Shown: piece by piece, positions 58,951 to 64,000 of the stretch
Position numbering within the stretch: the stretch's first letter is position 1
How the letters are laid out: the number at the start of each line of letters is the position of its first letter
Virus record (IMG/VR): IMGVR_UViG_3300028048_000127
DNA from: an uncultured virus (IMG/VR IMGVR_UViG_3300028048_000127)
Lineage: Duplodnaviria > Heunggongvirae > Uroviricota > Caudoviricetes
Strand: one strand, 5' to 3'
DNA: 64,000 nt
Program-made: the position numbers and the translations under genes
Notes under the pieces: generated by a model
Seen by the model: only the letters and a program-made list of their open reading frames with translations
Databases searched by the model: none
Told to the model about the DNA's origin: nothing

Positions 58951-59404
58951 TTCTTACGCCGTTTCTTTTCGTTATTGGCGTAGCGCTCGGAATCGCAACG
59001 TTACTTATCGTACCGATCGAGTTCGTAATAGACTATTGGAAAGGTAATATGTATTAAAAGAAAGGAATAAAACTATGAGCAATTTAGGAAAAGTTATTAG
59101 AGCAGTGCTTTGTTTTATTGCAGAAGCATGGCTTTGCGTTTGTTTCGTAATTATTGTACGACATATTAATTTAGAAAATCCTGTATTAGAAACTTTTATG
59201 TATATCGGATTCGCTCTCGCAATCGGCTCTTTATATGCTCCCATCATAAACGAAATTTTTAGTATTTCAAAAAAATAAAAAACAAAAAATACTTTTCTAA
59301 GAGATACTACTACTATCTTAAAGAAAGGTATTTTTCTTTTGTAAAGTTTCCTATTGACTTATATTAAGAAATATATTAAAGTATATACAAAGGAGGATCA
59401 AATT

Positions 59405-59797
59405 ATGATCGATTTAAAACATAAGTACTTTTTAATGAGCGATGGAACAATTCTTTATTTTAAAGGTGGAATTAATCCTGCAAGTGTAATAGAAGTAGCC
59501 GAACGTAATTCTACTTCTACGACTTTTTATCTTAGCTATTTTCCTCATTGGAAAAAGATTATATTCAGTTCCGATTATTTAACTGATATTGAAGAAGCAG
59601 AAGATGAATTATTCGAAAGCAACCCTTCATTAATAAATGATTTCTACATTGCTTTAACCAAGAAGAAGCATACCTTCCCTTGTTCAAAGTGGAAAACCAC
59701 TCCAAGAGAACATATTAAAGCTCTAATTAATTTAAATAGAATCAGCTTGGTAGAGCAACTAATAGCAGCAGAAGAAGATGAAAAAGAAAAATGTTAA
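59405..59797 (+). CDS. Hypothetical protein, tandem paralog of 59778
   Basis: YFLMSDG.ILY / EHIKALINLNRI. Confidence 0.75.
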   Translation: MIDLKHKYFLMSDGTILYFKGGINPASVIEVAERNSTSTTFYLSYFPHWKKIIFSSDYLTDIEEAEDELFESNPSLINDFYIALTKKKHTFPCSKWKTTPREHIKALINLNRISLVEQLIAAEEDEKEKC

Positions 59798-60203
59798 TTT
59801 AGCGAACCGTTTCTTTTTGCTTAGTAACGGTGATTTAGTTTACGTTCCGAACGGATTAAAACAAAAAGATTTGATAAAATACGAAACGAACGCAAAAGTT
59901 TTGGCCTTTGAAATAGATGAAAAGGGCAATCTGAAAATTAACGTTCCGATCGATATTGTCGCAACGGCTGATTCTATAGAGATGATAGAAGAAAAAGAGA
60001 AGAACTATTTCATCAATTCAAGAAAGAAAATTAACTATTATTTTAGGAATCTATTAAAGGTAGATCATAACTATCAGCCAGTAGATATGTACGAGCATGT
60101 TCAGGAACTAATTAATGCGAACAGAATCAGGATAATTAGACGCTGGAAGATAGCAGAAAACAAAGAATTGCAAGAAATATATACTAATATATTCATTATA
60201 TAA
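59778..60203 (+). CDS. Hypothetical protein, tandem paralog of 59405
   Basis: FFLLSNG.LVY / EHVQELINANRI. Confidence 0.75.
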   Translation: MKKKNVNLANRFFLLSNGDLVYVPNGLKQKDLIKYETNAKVLAFEIDEKGNLKINVPIDIVATADSIEMIEEKEKNYFINSRKKINYYFRNLLKVDHNYQPVDMYEHVQELINANRIRIIRRWKIAENKELQEIYTNIFII

Positions 60204-60287
60204 TATATGATATAGTGAGAGGAGAGGAAACCTTAAAAGGAAGAAGAGAAGAGTGTGAAGAAGGAAAACCTCAAAAATCCTAAAAAA

Positions 60288-60620
60288 CGTGTATAGTTGT
60301 GTACGGTTTGTGCATAGTTGTGTATAGTTTGAGAAAAAACTGTTCATTATTATTAATAAGGTTATTAATAATAGTGAATACATCAAAATAAAAATCACTT
60401 TTTGGAACTGTTCATAGAATAACGTACCTTATATTAAATAATATAAGTACGTATTCTGTGAGGTTTGAAAGTATGTATAAAAAGGGTCGCGTACGCGCAT
60501 ATATGAAACAACATTTTTTTAAAAACTGAGCGGAAAACGCGCGCGCATGAAGCCTACATTCAAACTATTCAACATAGTGAATAGTATAGAATGTAAACTA
60601 TACACCAACTATACACACCA
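60288..60620. repeat. Origin-like element B (inverted homolog of element A)
   Basis: Four GTG(T/C)A(T/C)(A/G)GTT units at 60289-60330, AACTATACAC x2 at 60596-60617, central palindrome at 60413-60460. Confidence 0.65.
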
Positions 60621-60778
60621 CTAAAAACGAGACTTTTATATCTTTAGATATAACAATTTTCCAAAAATGAGAGAAGAAACCTTTTTAGGAAGATGTAAGG
60701 GAAGATTAAGAGAGTTGTAGAGAACATAAAGAAACTAAAATTCTTGTAAACGGGGATATGATATGCTATAATGTGGAT

Positions 60779-61051
60779 ATGAGTAAATATACCGGACTAC
60801 CAACAATTAGATATATTGCCTACAAGGATGAATTTCAGTTGAAAGACGACAAGGAAAATATAAGGATTCCAAACAAACTTTTTTTAACGACATTAGAGAA
60901 TAAAGGATGGCCCCCTTATTATCACGTCCAGGCAACAACTTTAAAATATTTTTGTGATACGTATGTCGTCACGAAAACTTTAGCAAAAAGACTCAAGATG
61001 GCGCATCGGAAAGAAAATACGCGCATAATTATACTTGCGAAAAGAAAATAA
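60779..61051 (+). CDS. Hypothetical basic protein; probably leaderless
   Basis: TTGTAA-17-TATAAT, then ATG 6 nt later. Confidence 0.6.
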   Translation: MSKYTGLPTIRYIAYKDEFQLKDDKENIRIPNKLFLTTLENKGWPPYYHVQATTLKYFCDTYVVTKTLAKRLKMAHRKENTRIIILAKRK

Positions 61052-61083
61052 AGATAATAAAATGTGTGTGAGGTAAAAGACCG

Positions 61084-61440
61084 ATGAGTTGGCTAGATCA
61101 GCGTTCAAATACAGTAGAAGATATGAGTGCCTTGAACAGGCACAATTTTGAACTTTATGTATCGGTCGGAACCGACATCGATAAACTTCCAATTATTTTC
61201 AGAAAAAAGAAAACTGATTTAGATATATGGTGCAGAAAAGAGTACGGCTTTGGCTTTGAGGATACTTATGCTTGGTTACTTAATGTAGCAGCTGGACAAT
61301 ATGCTGACGTGATTGCAGCGTTTGCTGCCGAAGGTCTCAAAACGGCTATGTCCACGATGAATGAGGTCCTGCTTAAAACAAAGACCAACAATACTATGAA
61401 AGTGCAAATTGTATCGGATATGGATGAAAACGATGATTAA
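61084..61440 (+). CDS. Putative terminase small subunit
   Basis: FE......L..WC...YG..F HTH-like N-terminus, A..G...A helix, C-terminal VQIVSD strand; near the portal. Confidence 0.5.
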   Translation: MSWLDQRSNTVEDMSALNRHNFELYVSVGTDIDKLPIIFRKKKTDLDIWCRKEYGFGFEDTYAWLLNVAAGQYADVIAAFAAEGLKTAMSTMNEVLLKTKTNNTMKVQIVSDMDENDD

Positions 61441-62065
61441 TGAAACGAATCTTGAAGGAATAAAACGAGTAAAACAGTACGCGACTATCGAGAAAATGTT
61501 AGTCAAGACTAACTCATCGCGCTTTATTGTTTCTTTGCGTGACGAACCGCTTCTGGCCAGTGATGTTTTAGATCCGAAACGTAGAGATGAGATTCGTTGT
61601 ACCACGGGCAGCTATTTTATCAAATATTCGCCAAGTGGAGACAAATTTTTTAATCCCAAATATCCTTATACAATTAAGACTTCCGATATGTTGGGGTGGA
61701 ATCTTTGCGTATCTGGACCACAGCATTTAGCGAAAATCAAAATGGTTTTCCCCGAAGTTGCTTGGATTTTACGCAACTCAACGTTCGACGACACCTTATT
61801 TGCTATCGCTAAGTCGTGTCCCGGAGCGATCATTCCGTTCAGTCTCGATGCGGTGCGATACTCTAATATGATCATAGCAAAAATGAATAAAGCAGGAATT
61901 GATCCAACAGAAAATAAAGTATTTGTCACGTTTAAGTTCGCAGACAAAATTCCACATGTTACTGTGGATGAAAAAGACTTCTGGCCGAATAAAGATGAAG
62001 CAAGAGCAAAATATTTCGCGGTATCTAATAGTTTAGATCATAGTACCGTGCTTGCACACAAGTAA
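61433..62065 (+). CDS. Hypothetical protein
   Basis: ORF overlapping the previous gene. Confidence 0.7.
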   Translation: MINETNLEGIKRVKQYATIEKMLVKTNSSRFIVSLRDEPLLASDVLDPKRRDEIRCTTGSYFIKYSPSGDKFFNPKYPYTIKTSDMLGWNLCVSGPQHLAKIKMVFPEVAWILRNSTFDDTLFAIAKSCPGAIIPFSLDAVRYSNMIIAKMNKAGIDPTENKVFVTFKFADKIPHVTVDEKDFWPNKDEARAKYFAVSNSLDHSTVLAHK

Positions 62066-62094
62066 TATACGTACATAATAAGGAGAAATAGAAT

Positions 62095-63747
62095 ATGAAT
62101 TGGCGTGAGTACATGCGTAAGAAGGTATTTGGTATCTTAGGTCTAGTATCGACACAAGAAAATCCAAACACTCCTCGCAAAACATTTGTAAATAACTTTC
62201 AGAACATTGAGAACCTTAAGCTCAGAGAATACAACATCTGGTATGCTGGAGATTCCGATGAGCTTTTGAATTTCTATACCGAAGCGAACCAAATCGAATA
62301 TAACTATGAGCCTTATTACGATCGTAACAAAACGTCCTACTTCTGGGCGATAAGTTCTACCGAGAACGACATCAAGCGTACTCACTCGGGTCAGCCAAGA
62401 AACATAGTGGATACACTTGTGAACATTGTCGGCTATCCGAAGATAAAAGTGTCTGATTCTGATACCGAAAAACTTCAAGCCGTGCTTGCGCGTATATTAA
62501 AAGAGAACAGATTTAAGAAGATGTTTCTACAGGAGCAACTCCCACTTACCCTCGTAGAGGGTTGGGGCGGTTATAAGATTAACTGGGACAAATCTATATC
62601 CGATTATCCTATAATCGTATATTATCGCGCCGATGCGGTAGATTTCATTTTAAGATCGAATCGGGTCGTTGCGATGGTGTTCAGAGATTACTATTACGGC
62701 GACGATGATAAACGATATGTCCTAATCGAAACGAGACGTACCGCGTTGGACACTGACGGCAGTAGATGTCTAATTATCGAAAAGGAATTATTCGCTTGGG
62801 GCGCAGACGATTCCATGATGCCTGTCCCTCTAAAGGATTTAAAACAACTAAAAGATGTTGAACCAGTTATTAAAGTTTCTAATTACTCAGGGCTCCTAGC
62901 AGTTCCTTGTGTTATATACGAAGACAACGAAACCGATAATTGCGGTAGATCTATCTTTACCGGCAAAATCGATTTATTTGATGATCTAGACCAATGCTTG
63001 TCGCAATCATCCAATACGGTTCGAAGAAGTACGACCCGCGAATACTTCAACTCTCAATATCTAGAACGTAACGAAGAGACTGGTATGCCAATACAACCAA
63101 AAGCATATGATCGTAAATATACGTTATACGCTGGTGCGAGAGATGCGAACGGAGCGGTAAGTGGCGAACCGGTTACAGTTACCCAACCTGCACTAAACTT
63201 TGTGCAATATGATCAAGAAGCTACACACATCCTTCTTGAATTAATATCCGGAATCATGTCACCAGCTACATTAGGATTAGATTTGGCTAAGAAAGACAAC
63301 GCTGATGCACAAAGAGAAAAAGAGAAGGTTACAATCTTTACTAGAAACACCATCATTGCTGAAGAGATGGACATTCTAGAAAAGCTAGGTGTTGAACTTA
63401 TGTGTGCTAATGAACTTATGCACAAAGGTGAGATTACCCACAAAGACTACGATGTTGCTGTAGAATTCAATGAGCTCACCGATGCTTCGATGGAATCCAG
63501 GATGGAAGTTGCACTCACTGCTTATAACGGCGATGTAATGACACCTGAGATGACCGTTGAGTACATGTACCAAGATTCCTTATCTCCTGATGAGAAGAAA
63601 AAACTCGTTGCGTACATGAAAGAACAAAAAGCAAATGCAATGAACGGTGGAATGTCACCAGAGATGATGGCCGCTATGGGCGCATCGATGGGCGGCGACA
63701 ATGAATATGATCAAGCCGTTGCGGAACAAGCCGCACTAAACGAATAG
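62095..63747 (+). CDS. Portal protein (SPP1/A118-like)
   Basis: 550 aa; L...LKEN.F, G.G..K, GRSIF...DL.D.LD...S, .SPATLG, V.V.F patterns. Confidence 0.85.
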   Translation: MNWREYMRKKVFGILGLVSTQENPNTPRKTFVNNFQNIENLKLREYNIWYAGDSDELLNFYTEANQIEYNYEPYYDRNKTSYFWAISSTENDIKRTHSGQPRNIVDTLVNIVGYPKIKVSDSDTEKLQAVLARILKENRFKKMFLQEQLPLTLVEGWGGYKINWDKSISDYPIIVYYRADAVDFILRSNRVVAMVFRDYYYGDDDKRYVLIETRRTALDTDGSRCLIIEKELFAWGADDSMMPVPLKDLKQLKDVEPVIKVSNYSGLLAVPCVIYEDNETDNCGRSIFTGKIDLFDDLDQCLSQSSNTVRRSTTREYFNSQYLERNEETGMPIQPKAYDRKYTLYAGARDANGAVSGEPVTVTQPALNFVQYDQEATHILLELISGIMSPATLGLDLAKKDNADAQREKEKVTIFTRNTIIAEEMDILEKLGVELMCANELMHKGEITHKDYDVAVEFNELTDASMESRMEVALTAYNGDVMTPEMTVEYMYQDSLSPDEKKKLVAYMKEQKANAMNGGMSPEMMAAMGASMGGDNEYDQAVAEQAALNE

Positions 63748-63806
63748 GGACTCTTCAATGAGTTCCTTTTTGTTGCGCTTGGGTGCATATATGCTATAAT
63801 ACGTGT

Positions 63807-64000
63807 ATGGAAAGATTTAGTAAGGACCGCAGTAAGTCCGCTGCGAAACGATTCAGAACGGATATTACCGCGATAGTATATAACGGATTGGTCCATGACG
63901 TCCCGAAACACAAGGTTTACGGACAAATCAAGGCCGAAATCAATTATTTTACGTCGAAAACACCTGGAATGACCTATAGAGAACGCGGATATTTGTGGGC
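63807..64000 (+). CDS. Partial ORF after the portal (possibly a minor head protein), truncated by the window edge; probably leaderless
   Basis: ATG 6 nt after TGCTATAAT; open to the window end. Confidence 0.5.
   Translation, partial: MERFSKDRSKSAAKRFRTDITAIVYNGLVHDVPKHKVYGQIKAEINYFTSKTPGMTYRERGYLW

Noticed and set aside
62046..62486. Two plus-strand CCGTGCT copies (62046, 62480)
   Set aside because: They lie inside coding sequence without the terminator/GC-spacer context and are plausibly chance, although the first abuts a possible portal -35 box
7090..63573. Numerous short antisense and alternate-frame ORFs in the track
   Set aside because: They are shadows of longer genes with SD sites and coherent operon direction

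Overview
This window is most of a lytic-looking tailed dsDNA phage genome (Caudoviricetes). It is low-GC, uses the standard genetic code and has sigma-A-type promoters. The host is probably a gut or rumen low-GC Bacillota (inference). Layout: (1) 1-3000 is a leftward array of promoter-gene-terminator cassettes, each preceded by the oriented heptamer CCGTGCT; three of the cassettes are non-coding. A likely genome-terminus or packaging region follows (3001-3260), then an iteron-type origin-like element (6347-6580). (2) 6755-33440 is the virion module: scaffold, major capsid, a set of putative capsid-internal proteins sharing short terminal peptides (including a DUF3626-like putative ADP-ribosyltransferase next to an ADP-ribosylglycohydrolase, and a ferritin-like protein), membrane proteins, neck and tail genes with only a very short tape-measure candidate, and fibre/receptor-binding genes. 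(3) 33500-48500 holds small paralogous genes plus recombination/replication genes (exonuclease, SSB, primase-polymerase/SF3 helicase, resolvase, SF2 helicase). (4) Next come the terminase large subunit, 11 tRNAs, a ~620-nt structured ncRNA with an embedded tRNA-Arg, an RNA ligase, a methyltransferase and a DedA/VTT protein. (5) The right end has a second, inverted origin-like element, a candidate small terminase and the portal. No integrase, endolysin, family A/B DNA polymerase, reverse transcriptase or CRISPR array was recognised. All family assignments come from motif recognition by eye, not database searches.
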